Of a stretch of DNA of 64,000 nucleotides, positions 22,350 through 35,615 are shown in pieces; the stretch's first letter is position 1, and each line of letters opens with the position of its first letter. Position numbers and translations under genes: made by a program. The notes beneath the pieces were generated by a model. The model saw only the letters and a list, made by a program, of their open reading frames with translations. It did no database searches and was not told where the DNA came from. Where the stretch lies: the NCBI RefSeq assembly GCF_023055435.1, contig NW_025964334.1, positions 61,194,001-61,258,000 on the forward strand, given 5' to 3'. The DNA is from Haliotis rufescens. Lineage: Eukaryota.

Positions 22350-24360
22350 ACAGCGTGGATATCGGTCAAACTCACCATATAAAACAGCATTTGGAAAACA
22401 ATAATTTATATGTAAAACAGATTTACAAACTTTTCTATGTACAATTTCTATATAATCCTTTTGCTTGTATTCCCAAACCTACTATACAACAATATCGGAA
22501 CTATTTTGGCGTCAAATATTTGATAGGCATTATTAGCACATATATTGTATTTAAACAACGCATTGTAATAGTATTCAGTGCTTTACTTGCCTGTTCTACA
22601 AGGGTATTAGAGTTATAATCTGAGTCCACCTTTCGTAACAAAAGTGTCTGCCACCAGTTTTGTAATAAAACAACATTAGTTTGTTTGTGTATTAATTTCC
22701 ATTTCCCATATTCCTACAAGAGATCTTTATAATTTTATAATAGTATATGCTACCAGTATTAGATCATCTGCAAATGATAAACACAATATGGTTTACCTTT
22801 CCTCTGATATGAACACATCATCGTCTACCCTAGGGCTAATAAATTCCACTAATTCCTTAAATGAAAACTGAGCAAAGTAAAGGACTAAAAGTATATTCTT
22901 GTCGTACACCAAGCAAGTACGTAAAAACTCAAATAATGTGTTTTCCTTACCCGCAGAAACCGCAGACGTAACATGACTGGTTAACTCTAAAGAATTTACC
23001 ATGAATGAGAAATGTTTGCTAAAAAATCCTAATTTTATTACTATTTACCATTTCAAATGATTTCTTAAAGTTTACGAAAGAGCAGTAAAATGTACCTTTT
23101 TTACGTGCTATGTGTTTCTGTTTCCAATGTCTCTAATATGAATATTTTGTCTTCAGTGGAATGATTTTATTTTTAAACCCACTTTGGTATTCAGAAATAT
23201 TATCTATATTTTTAAGGAAAATATCCAGTCTCTTATTTAGTATTGCCATAGCGACTGATGTATGACAGCAAGGCTAAATACCCTGTAGCCATGACATGTG
23301 CATGTTTCCATAACTTAACTGTCATTATGTATTAGGCGCTAATCTCCGTTGTTAATCCTCACCAACATTTCATTGTATATTGACTGTCAGCCAACCTGGG
23401 CCACCATATCACTTCCCGTTAATTAATGTTATTTATAGTACGTGTATGAGCTGTGTCGGTTCATCAGCCTAGAAGTCCCATGTCCAGAGCAACTTCATTG
23501 TTTGTCCACTGTTGTTCATTACTATATATGTGTTACCATAACCCATTTAGTCAGCTTGGTATTCCGAGTGCTGGTGTAGGGACGACCTCGAGCAGGATGT
23601 GCCGCTCGTAGGAAGCGTTCTGAGGTTTAGCTGGAGCTCCGCTCACCTCATGTATGCCTGAGTTGGAGGGTCCACCCATTGTTGTGTTTGTGTTGTCAGA
23701 GCATGTATTCCGCTCATTGTGTATTTGTCGTTTATTTTTTACATGTTGTGCATAAAACGTTCTGGGACAGTGATGTAGATTTTGTCCTTGATTTCCCCAA
23801 GAGCTAATTCCCTGTCAACATGTGCGTTGACAGTATAAAAGCAAATATCTTACTCATGTTGTTAAGTAATGAGATTCCTTTGTAGTTATTAGGGTCTTCT
23901 GTGTTGCCTTTCTTATTTATGGGTATTATACTAGATGTAGCCCAAGCATAAGGAAGGTTAATTGTTAGCATATTCAATTTTGGTTAAACAACACAGTGAG
24001 ATGTTGAATTAGTATATCTGTGGCATTTTTAGAGAACTCTGAGAGAATACCGTCATCTCCTGGAGATTTATCAACTTTAAGATTATCAGCTGTATCCGAT
24101 ACTTCACAAAAGGTATCTCGGATGACAAGATCATCCGGTTGCAGGCACTTTTCACAATCAGTAACTATACGTAATGATAACAATTTTTCCACCTTAAGAT
24201 TAAACTCTGTTTCCATCTCCTCGTTCATCTGTTCATTAGATTATTATAGTGTTACTGAAGACGGACTCTTTTGAATATTTATTAACTTATTACTATGAGC
24301 TCTTGCAGTTGTGTGTATCAGTCTGCTTTAGTTAAATTGTGATCAAACCACTATAGCCTG
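22350..24360 (-). mobile_element. Decayed LINE reverse transcriptase (CR1/L2-like)
   Basis: KSPGDDGI, IIPINKKGNTEDPNNYKGISL and LSFADDLIL (22751-22780) motifs. Confidence 0.8.
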
Positions 24361-27039
24361 ATTCAAACTGTTCAACGAATATCCGTTGCTAAAGATATTC
24401 CATATCACAGTGATTCTCGGTTGTTTCTGCTGGAGCATAAACAAAGAACAGTATCAGACGGAATTATTTTTACCGAACCCACCTTGGTATTGTCTTAAGT
24501 ATCGAGTCTCTTATTTAGCATATAACCTAATATCTTACTAGAAGTGCTAAGACAAATATTATCTGGCCACTTTGGATGAATCCGTGACAATAACTTACAC
24601 ACGCCACGTTCAATTTATAGTGCGAAGCCTCCACAAAAGCGAATTTTTGAGAATCGACTAGAAAAATGAATATTTGCTAAATATATGTGCAAAACCCCTA
24701 TCTGAGCAAAAAGATATAATCTGAACTGAAATGGAACTGATAAAGTCAGGAATACTTATAAAGTCCGTTCACATTCCATCTAAGGATGGATCACTATTTG
24801 ATAGAGATTCATAAACACACCACGTTTATTATATTCACGAAGTCCGAATCGTACAATGGACATTTCTGATGATTATGAAAGATGTCTTTCGTTTTTATTT
24901 GGTTGTAGATTTGTTTTTGACCGTCCGTGCAAAATCCGGACCGAACAATTAAGATGTGAGAGAAAAGTGGCTTCCTGTAACTCCCGTCATGGTAACTACT
25001 TAATGCTGTACACTGTGTCATTGTATCTACGTATACAGCAGATACAGCTATGTCGTGTTAAAGAATATTTGTTTCACGACAGTTAAAAGGCGTTGCAATT
25101 ATTAGTCACGTTTCAAATCTGTATTCGATTGAGTATTCGTCTTTTACAAGTAGCCTTAATAAACCAATCATGATTGCCTCGCTCATTTGTGGAGTGTGAT
25201 TGAAAACTAATGTCAGGTATGTACGTTGCATCAAAAACAAGGAGGTACAGGTATGGTCGTCTGTAGTAGAATCATTAGTCAATAATAATCTTGGGCGGTT
25301 TTTGCCCGGTCTGATGTTAAGGCAACCCAACGAGTATACTCTTTTTGGTATACAGTTGAATACCAAAATGATTCTATGGCAGAGTCATAACATCTGTAGT
25401 TGTTACCTGTTCTGTGATAACAGAAATGTCCCCGACTTTCATTGTAGTCATATGTCTATGTAAACATTAGTGCCAAGGCACTGTAGCTTATCAATCAGTT
25501 GATTAAAAGTGAGCGGTTTCAGTTTGATCGCTCTTATTTTAAAAAAAAAGATATCAGGAAATTATCAACCTAAAACTAATTTACATTTCACGATTAAAAT
25601 TTGAACTCCACTGTAAAGCTATATGTCTTACCAAAGGGACTCAGTGACATTTAGCTTGTATTTTTAGTAGCACCCTCCTGAAGATCATGCTTCAAATTTG
25701 CCACAATTGAAGAGTACCCTTTTTCAGTTTAAATGAAAAAAAACTATGCTTATTTCAATGTCATGAATAAGTCAAAGTAACATTAATCATAAATATTCAT
25801 AATAAAAGTTTCATGTGGTTCTTGAAATTTCTAACAGTATTTTTGAATGTTTTTCTCTGAAATCTAAACATTCGTTAAAATCTCTGAAACAAACAACTTC
25901 ACATCTAATTTTAAGTTATTATTACATACTTCAGATGTTTCAGAGAAGAAGAAGATATGGGCTCACTTGGACTCACTGGTGAGCTAAAACAGAAACCGAA
26001 AACTGTCCTTGTTGGTACCAATCAGTGTTTATTTCCATATACACCAAAGACGGTGTTGCCAAATCACATTTGCGCAAATAATGCATAATTAATATGTCAG
26101 GAAAACGTGAAATGCTTCAATAATGATATATACAGACGAGCAGACGCTTGTACAGATGACTGTAAGTTTATAACAATGTACAGAAATGAAGTTAATTATC
26201 GGAGTGATATTCGAAGAAGGGAACTAAACATACATGTATTGAATGTATGAACCTAGAGAAAAAATTGGTACTGACTTTTTTAAATTGAATTACAACAAAA
26301 CATAGCTCCCTGTGATATAGATGAAAATGACTGCACTCCCTTATATGCAATTTGTTACATGGTGACTTCAAAATAAAAAGAAACTTAAGTTAACTCAGAA
26401 ATCTATACACAGAAGCATTCAGTGTGAAACCAACAAACAAAGAAATGTTAAACAATGAAAAACTGTATTATAAAATGAAGAAGGCTTACAAATCAATAAC
26501 AAATACTGCAAAATAATTACAATGACAGTACACGATAAAGTAGCAGTACAATATTCAAAGGCAGTACAATTTCAATGGCAGAATAAAATACTATAGCAGG
26601 AGTAATAGCAATAGCGAGTCAGCTATAATAATATTCACCAAGCAGCAACAGTGGTCAAGCTTACAATATAGGCCCAGGCTGGACATAGTCTAAATTCCTT
26701 CTGGAAAGTTCCATGCCATGTCTTCAACTGTGCCAGAAGATTCCTGACAACTATTTATTGTTATTAAACAGAAACACAGTAACACAATTATAACATTGTC
26801 TACAATAAATGCACTACCACATAATGTATTGTGATATTTGATAGTTACGTTGTAATATGTGAAAGTGATTCATAGGCACAAGCTAATGATATAGTCTGAA
26901 TCGTACAATCAATTCTGCGTTTAGCAGAGTATCTTTTGAGTATCAAAGGTGACGCCCACGGCCATAAAGTGACATAAAACAGCCAAGTCAAGAACATTTG
27001 AAATGTGCCTTCTACAACACCAGGCACACACGAGTTCAC

Positions 27040-27312
27040 TGTCTTCATTTACCTAGAGGAACAATATAACTGGAACACACAGAGGAATACTTTGACTTGA
27101 ACAACTAGAGGAACAGTATGAGTGGAACACCTAGAGTTGGAATATGACTGGAAAGCTTAGGGAAAAGGAATACTATGACTGGAACACCTAGAGGAACACT
27201 TTGACTGGAACACCTTTAGGAAACCTATGACTTGAACCCACTGGAGGAACACAATGACTGGAACACTTAGATGAAGACTATGACAGGAACACCTAGAGGA
27301 ACACAATGACTG
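27040..27312. repeat. Degenerate ~26-bp minisatellite overlapping the stop codon and 3' UTR of receptor B
   Basis: Repeated TGACTGGAACACCTAGAGGAACAC units. Confidence 0.85.
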
Positions 27313-30179
27313 GGCCCGTAGCCTCCTCGTCAACATCACAGTAGTCAGAACTGCGCGACCTACTGGGTGGCCCAGGCTGTTCAGCTGATGGATGTTGTGG
27401 ACGACTGATATCTTCCCGGTCTGTTATTTCATTCAATAAAATAGCTTCGCCATGGTCTGTAGTGTTTCTGTAAAATAACAATACTTTATCATGTTTCTCA
27501 TTTCAAGAAACTAAAAAGACAAACTAATCATACACCAAGTTTGAGGCAACGATTTCAATTTAAATTGAGCGCTTTACAATCTGCAGGTTACATTCTTTCA
27601 GTGGATAAAACATTCAAACAGCACGCACATCCCTCAAATTCACCTTTGCTTGGTCTGACCTTTGCGGTAACAGACATAGTTTGACACCAGGATCGCCAGG
27701 ACAAAGAGTACACACGCTAATGGTAGTCCTATGATGAGACCATGCGGACTTCCACTGTACCCAGTAGGCTTTTCATCTGGTGAGTAGAATAGGATAAACT
27801 AAGCAGGAAGCACTGATGGAACCAGGTACAGAAGCTCACCTTTATTAGATGACATAAAAGTTGAGTGGTGAGAATGTGACAAAAACTATTTTGTATTGAC
27901 CATACTACCAAACACACGAAGAGGCAGACAGACAAACAGTCTAGATTATTCTGGTGATCTGGGTATAATTGAATTAAACTGATCTGAGTTTCCTGACTCG
28001 AAAAGTTGCATATTTTATCATAGTTTATACATGATAGATATAGATGAAATTATAAACTTGCAATGCTGATCAATCCAGGACGTACACAAAAGTGTTTAAG
28101 GGTGAGGGTAAACATAGAGGGATGGGGAGAGAGGATATAAAGGTGAAATAATTTGCCTGGAAGTCACAGAAAAAGCTTGTAAATATAAGGAACATCTTCT
28201 TAAAGCAGAATCTACTACACAATTTCGACGATATTATTGGCATGGCTTTATGAATCACATTCAAATAGGATGACACAAGGGGTTCACGAAATGGTGATTG
28301 TAAACTCTTTAAATAGAAAACGGATAACATTATTTTCGTCTTTCATAATCTCGTCTTTTCAGGTTAGAAATTTCCCAAGTGGTAATTGCAATAAGTTCAA
28401 TAATGAATTACGAATTACTAATTATCTGGCACATTGACTGAAGGAATGCTAATGGCTGTTTTTACCTGAGCATGTGTCATTCATACAATAATCCCTGGAA
28501 CAGTTGCTGGTACAGGACGTTCCACATCCACGTTTACTGACGTCACATCCATTAATGCACGTGCCGGTCTTCTGATCACAATCCCCATCACGACACATTT
28601 CACATGTGTCATTACAAAACTCTCCAGAATATCGCGCGATACATTCGTCCACACAGACGCCAGCAGCATCACATCGTCCACCACGACAGCCTGCATTGCA
28701 AGGAGAGAGGCACCTTGGACCATACCAGCCTTCGACACAGCCATGGAGACACTCGCCACTCTGGTTGTGACACTCAGATGTACAATACAGAGACGCATTT
28801 CCGCCAGGGGGCAGGCATCTCGTCGTATCATTCATGTTGGTATGAACCTTGCAATTATGACTGCACACATCAACACAGAAACTACCACTTAATTGACGTC
28901 CACATCCCTCCGTACACCCGGCTTCACACAATCCTGAATAATGACAATCAGGGCTGGTATATAGTGGGTAACACTTGTCACATGTGCCAGTGATCCTGTT
29001 GCAGGTTTTACACCTGCTGGAGCAGTTCTTACAGTCAGAGCCGTAGTATCCGTCCACACAGCCAGACACACAGGATGAGTTCAGCTGACAGTAGCCCTGG
29101 TCACACTCAGACAGACACTTGGTACATGTGGCCTCTTGACCCGCACATGGTCTTGTGCAATCTGTGCCTTGAAAACCAGGTACACATCCTTCAGTGCATC
29201 TCCCAATGCCTGTCTCTGATGTCTCGCACGTACCTTTTAGGCAACCTTCCGTGCAATGTGCCTTGCAAGTCACGCCAAAATATCCCCCGAAGCATTTTGA
29301 ATTGCAGTCCCCTGTACTGCTACAGATTGAACACTGCTGACCCTTCAGACACCCTGCTGCTGTAAAATGTAAACATAACTTGGGTGATAGAAGCTGTGGA
29401 ATAAAATGCCTTTTGAAGGTCACATAAATAATATTTAATATGTATATATGACCAGGAAGATATAGGAATATAGTATTTGAATGCTCTTGACGTTACTTGA
29501 TTGTGTGGAAAGATGATCACGGAGATCTAAGGCTCAAGGTGTGTGTGTGTGTGTGCATTTGGGCGAGGGGACGTGTAACTGGCATTGAACACTTGTTTAG
29601 GACGGGAGCAATTAGTCAATCATCCATATTCACTTATGCTTGAAACCTCATGCACTAATAATTTACATGTTTATAAAATATATTTGTAATTGCAAGCAAT
29701 TCATAATTTGATTCTACCTTTGCGTTGTTTTATGTCACAGTTAACAATATTCCAGCCTAATCACCGGGTCCTGTAAACAACCAAGTTTGGACCAGGTAAG
29801 ATAAAACATTATCGGCTTGATCCCCAGCATTGGATGCTATTTGTTCTGTCGCCGAGTGGATGGAAGTCCTCTGTTTAAGTCCATATGGTGGGACATGACA
29901 AATCCAGGAAAATCATTACCATTCATAATATCAGCGCAATGAGTGAGTGAGTATTGTTTTACGCCCCTTTTTGCAATATTCCAGCAAAATCAGGGCGGGG
30001 GACACCAGAAACAGGCTTCACACATTGTACCAATGTCGGGAATCGAACCCGGGTCTTCAGCGTGACGAGCGAACGCTCAGGGCAATGTAAAAGATATTAT
30101 TTAGAGGCACAAGCTTAATTGTTTTACCTTGTGTGAAAACTGCCATGGACATAAGAACCATAATCACAGCGAGGGCCAT
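27293..30179 (-). CDS. Type I membrane receptor with EGF-like Cys repeats, copy B. Predicted exons 30179-30128, 29359-28466, 27776-27644, 27467-27293; 417 aa; short tail with ITIM-consensus SDYCDV
   Basis: The first three exons have the same lengths as in copy A (52/894/133 nt) and the same splice sites. A distinct last exon follows the acceptor ttattttacag|A in phase 2 and reads RNTTDHGEAILLNEITDREDISRPQHPSAEQPGPPSRSRSSDYCDVDEEATGPVIVFL*. The total of 1254 nt is in frame. Confidence 0.85.
29942..30076 (-). mobile_element. 5'-truncated tRNA-derived SINE in the intron after the signal-peptide exon of receptor B
   Basis: 11-bp TSD TCAG(C/G)GCAATG; absent at the equivalent site in copy A (~16055). 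Confidence 0.9.
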
Positions 30180-30217
30180 AGTTGTCTGGAAGGAAGAGCA
30201 TTCAGCTAAGAATTTCG

Positions 30218-30264
<47 letters not shown>

Positions 30265-30271
30265 GAATATA

Positions 30272-31716
30272 CACTCTTCAAAAAAAGAAACACACAGGTA
30301 GTATTTAGTTCACTGAACCTGACTACACAAAAAATGCGGTATATAAATTGAATATATGTTATTGGATAATGTTGGTGGCCTGATTTTCAACAAACCGTGC
30401 GTCAAAACAAAGCCATTGTCGATTTGCAATGTCTTAAACAGAATTGTTTTCGCACTTGTTAAAAAATGTCATGAAGGAAAACAGTAAAGCAAATGCATGT
30501 GCAAGTTATGGCATTCGTAACTCGTGGTAGTGGCTATTAAAAGGCAAGCATAAGCCAATAATTTTTTATTCAATTTGTCAACATTTTTCAAGTTCGAAAG
30601 TGCCGTGACTGATCGCTGCCAATCGGTACATCGCCATAGGACGTATCCAAAGAGGGGAATCTTAGGCTTCTGTTACACGCCACTTCAACGTCCACCACAG
30701 CACCATTTCGCCTTTTGGACCGATACACACAGTTCAATTCGACTGCAGACTGTCCAAGAACCGGACAACCAAGAGTTACCACCCCTGCACAGGATCGCTA
30801 CATTCGACTGTTCCACCTACATCATGTCAATGCCACAGGTACCGAGACTGCATGGAGGCATCCCTGGTTTGAGGAGGATATCGGACAAGACTGTCAGGAA
30901 CAATCTTCACGAGGCTGGAATCCGATCCAGAAGACCAGTTATCGTCGCTGTTTTGCAACAGATCCATCGACAGCGACGCTTGCGTTGGTGCCCCATACCT
31001 TACATATTTGGAATATGAGAAACTTGAGACGAGTGTGGTTTAGCGATGAATCACGATTTTCGTCATCGAAATGAGCGTTTTGCTCCACATTGTGTAAGTT
31101 AATTCGACAATTTAGGTGGCAGTAATGTCATGGTGTGGTGGGCCATATCCTACACCACGAGATTTGTTTGGTTGTAGTTCAGGGAAATTTGACAGCAAAT
31201 TGCTACATGAATCCAATTCTTCAACCTCACCTTCTTCTAATCATTGACCGCCAGAGGGAGCTGTTTCAACAGAACAACGCTCCACCTCACACAACTCGTG
31301 TCACGGTAGACTACCTTCATAATGCCAACATCCACGTATTTCCTTGGCCATCAAGATCTCAAGATCTCTGGGATGAACTCGATCGACTTGTACATCAATG
31401 TCAGAACACGCCGCAGACACTCCCTCAACTGGCCAACGCGTTACAAACAGAATGGCGCAGTATTCCATAGGACAGAATTCGTCCACTATCCACACAGTGC
31501 CAAGGAGATGCAGAGCCGCCATTGCTGCCCGGTGCAGTCACACGAGATACTGAGTTCAGCGCCACCTTGTTGCCTTATGTGACAACGACAATATGTGCCT
31601 ATCTAGCTCCACAATTTCATATTTGTATCTATGATATTGAATTTAATATATCGACTTTATTAGGTACAAAAACAATTCCTAAAAATATACCTGTGCGTTT
31701 CTTTTTTTGACGAGTT
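30272..31716 (+). mobile_element. Tc1-like element with transposase pseudogene
   Basis: TA|CACTCTTCAAAAAAAGAAAC...GTTTCTTTTTTTGACGAGTT|TA; motifs GQPRVTT, WFSDESRF, FQQNNAPPH, WPSRS. Confidence 0.9.
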
Positions 31717-34700
31717 TACATCAATAGCCATGGTAACTGTTAAATAACATCAAGTCGTTGAGTAAGTGCATGCTCTCTAAGATCATGGCATGGAAAATGA
31801 ACATTTACACATTTACAGGGTGTTCAGCTAAGAATTGTGAGGAAGATATCGTAAGTGCAATTCCTCAATTCCCAAGTTATTTGTATCAGTCACAATTCCT
31901 TGTTTGTGAAGCGGAATAATAAAGCCAAGTGACCAATTCTCAGGAAAGAAAAAAATTGTTCGAGTTAATTCTTAAATAACTTTATCCACACCTGATGTCT
32001 TATTGTTCTTTGAATTTGCAATACTGTCAAAACTTCTTCCTTTGTAATTGGAGAATTGGCAATGTCTGTTGTCAACTCTTTAGAATGATTATCGTCGAAA
32101 TTAACATCCCAAAATCATCTGGGTTCCTATCATTCGGATAAGAGAATATTTTTTGAAAATGTTGGAACCCATCTTCGATTTTAATCTTGTTCCGAGGCTG
32201 TCTATTTGATGATTAATCATCATCAAGTTAGTTTTGCGTACGTAATCCAGTGGTGACTGGAACATGTGACGACACGGTGCGAGACGGTGTTTTAAAACTT
32301 TCACATTTATCAAACAAGCCATTTGAACTGATTACATAGTCAACAATATTGGCGTCCTGATTTCCAATAAATGTGAAATCTCCACACGTCTGTACCACGT
32401 TTTCCATTTATAATATGAATGTTCAAAAATATGACACATATCTAACAAACATTTGCCAAAGTTATTTATTCACGAATCTTCAAAAAATCAAATGAGTTCA
32501 AATGATCAAGTAAAAAATCCAACATGTTTTTTATCATGGCCGTCGAAGTTTTCAAGAATGTCATCTTCTACAAAATCAGCATCTGTGCAGATAAGGGAAT
32601 TAAAGTCGCCACAAAACATTATGTAAACATCGTTACACTGACAGAGGACATCAAGCACATCATTCTGCAGGAGTATTATGCCATTAGTGCACTTTCTTAC
32701 GGGATCATTACACCAGATTGAAAAAAATATATCTTCCTGAAAGTCAAATAGTTTCTTATCAAGAAGAATAAATATGCCAGTATAATTCATTTTTGTCTAT
32801 TCACAGACTTTATAGGTTGTTTTCTGCCATTGAGAAAAATAGGTGAGACTGTCTCGTCTCGTGGTGGTATGGTCATATTTAATCCATTGGATTTTGTCCA
32901 CCAGAGAATCAGCTTTCAAGTCACTTAGAAATATGTGTTTCCAAAGCTCATTTAAACTTACCTTTTTCGCTTACAGTTGTCAGCTAAATGTGAAGTTACT
33001 CATTTGTGCGTCATTTTCATCTTCCTCCTGTGGAGTACACGTGACACGTGACATCTTCCTGTCGTAGAGGAAGTAAGAAGTGCACAGTAGTTTCGGTATT
33101 GACATCAGTGTGCTTGTTTACACGATACGACATTCTAGGAAGTAAACATGTTATTGTTGAGAATGAATAGGTAGATCTTCAACAATCTGGTTGATCAGGC
33201 CCGAGGAGAAACCGGGACAAAGTAAAACAAAATGAGGACCGTCATGCATCGCGAATTCGTACTAGTAGCCATGCAAAGCTGGCCGGGACTGAACACTGAT
33301 CAGTATGTCAAAGTTACACTACAAACTAGGGTCAGCGATCATACCCTATTCACACGTTACCAGTTTTCTGGTGGAAGTATGATGAGATAGGGCGACCTTA
33401 TTTTTAAGGAATGGAGAGTTACGAAGATATTCCCCTACTGAAAACTCATCCTTACTTTTACGCTTTGACAAAATATTCTGTTGTGGAAAACATTTGAAAA
33501 ATAAACCAGAACTCTTTGGCGTGAGTCACCTTTGCCTTCTCTGCCGCTGTTGCACATGCGCAACGCTCCTTCGCGAGGTGACATTTACAATGCATGGTAC
33601 ACGGCTCTTCATAATTCCTTTGGATCCTAAACTAGTATTTATCAATCGCTTGCACATTGTTAATACATGCTGACGGGAATAACAGACAATATATATATAA
33701 ATATTAACACATATATTACCTGATTTGGTTTTTCTTGTCAAAGGTCTAATTGCTATAAATATGAACATCGTTGTAGGTAACCTGCTCTAGCACAAATCAT
33801 ATACATATTATTTTGAGATTTGAAGCATTATGCAAAATTATGAACATATTTAATAGTTAATTTCACACTATACATTCATATGACGCCGTGGCTGAGGTTG
33901 GCAATTTCGCGTTCTCAAATCAAACGCTGGGGGTTCGAACCCTGCTGGCGACACATGTTTTGGAAAAAAATGAAATTATTTACTTGTCAATAAATGTAAA
34001 AAATAGTTCCGTCTATTCCAAGTGGACATTGTTTCAAATGTTGGTTCAAGATAATGTATTGTTGACAAACAACTCTCCATTCCTGAAAAATAATGGAGCG
34101 TTCAAACAATAGAATGAAGTCACACATGTGTTTTAAATAAACATACCTGCAACCTCATTAACTGGTACGTCCTTCCTACGCCTACTGGTACTCCCTAATG
34201 GAAGGCTGTTTTTTTTTCAAAGACATAACTATGTTTAAGTTTCTAACATATACTGAACACTACTTATCTTAAAATGACCCATGGTATGTCTCTCGTAGTG
34301 TAGCTAACAAGCATCAATAAAAAGAATATGATACACCTAATATAGTTTTTTGCACGTGGTGTTCGTTGTGAGCATCATGCTAAACATCAATACATTAACA
34401 TCTGCTACATGTCCCTTCCCCGAATGTTGATGGAGAATAAAATGAAATACAAGACACCACACAGGCACATCACACATGCAAATACACAAGCAAGCGGATG
34501 TTTTCTTTTTATTGTTACACGGCAGTGTATTTCATTGTTAAACAATGATTGTAATTGTATTACATTGTTTCTGTTGAGATTCGGTGGAAGCTCATTGTCT
34601 TGTATTTGGACAATGATTAGTTGTCAGGAATGTAGTAGTATTAAGTGTAGCAGTGGTTAGGAAGTTACTATATTTAGATGCTAGTGTGATATGTAAACTT

Positions 34701-35377
34701 AGGGAACAGTGTAGACTATTCTGTGATGTTCAAGTGACACTGGTCTGGTCTGGCACCCTGTAGAAATACGTAAGCGAGTAAATCTGAATATAAGGGGGCA
34801 AGATTGTGCCTCTCTCGTCTCTTTCACGCATTTCTCTCACACAATTCATTACATCAAGATCAGTGTGCAGATCACATGTCACCACGGATTCCCTGCCTGG
34901 AACTTTCTCGGAAGCTTGACCACTTATATGGCCACTGGGTGAATATACTGTTATCACTGACTCTTGTTATCACCACTGTGTTTTTTATTTGATACTGACC
35001 ACTGTCATCATATTATATATTGCCACTGTATATTGTCCTAAAATTCTGTTGTGTACTTGTGTACTGCCATTTTAATTGCAGTTCTGTTATTTGTATTGAT
35101 TTGTAAACCTAGTTATGTTGTAGTATATTGTTGATTGTATACCATTTGTTGGTTGTTTGTTGGCTTCACATTGAATTCGCTCACGTAAAGATTTCTGGGT
35201 TAACATATTGTTTCAATTTGGGAATCGACACGATACAGAAATTAGGGATTTTGCATGAAGTTTTGTCTTCAAAGAGATTAGAACTTGAGAAATTGTGACT
35301 GGAAGCTTATAGAGAAATTCGGCTGAAACGACTTGTGTTACAGAATGATCTCTCTCACCGTACCGTTAAAGGTGATG

Positions 35378-35615
35378 GACCCGTAAAGATCCGGGGTAGA
35401 ATAGTTCTTCAGCAACCCATGCTTGTCCTAAAAGGCGACTAACAGGATCAGGTGGTCAGGCTTGCTGACTCGTTGATACATGTCATCTTATCCCAATTGC
35501 GTGGATCGATGCTCATGACAACTAAGTTGTCTGGTCCAGACTCGAATATTAACAGACCGCCGTCATATCCCTGGAATATTGTTGATTGCGGTGTTAAACA
35601 ACACACAAACAAAAA
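35378..35615 (+). mobile_element. SINE
   Basis: Same family as 58208-58503; absent from the left arm. Confidence 0.8.

Noticed and set aside
23385-23832. Possible solo LTR (TGTCA...TGACA) interrupting the LINE
   Set aside because: No matching target-site duplication found.
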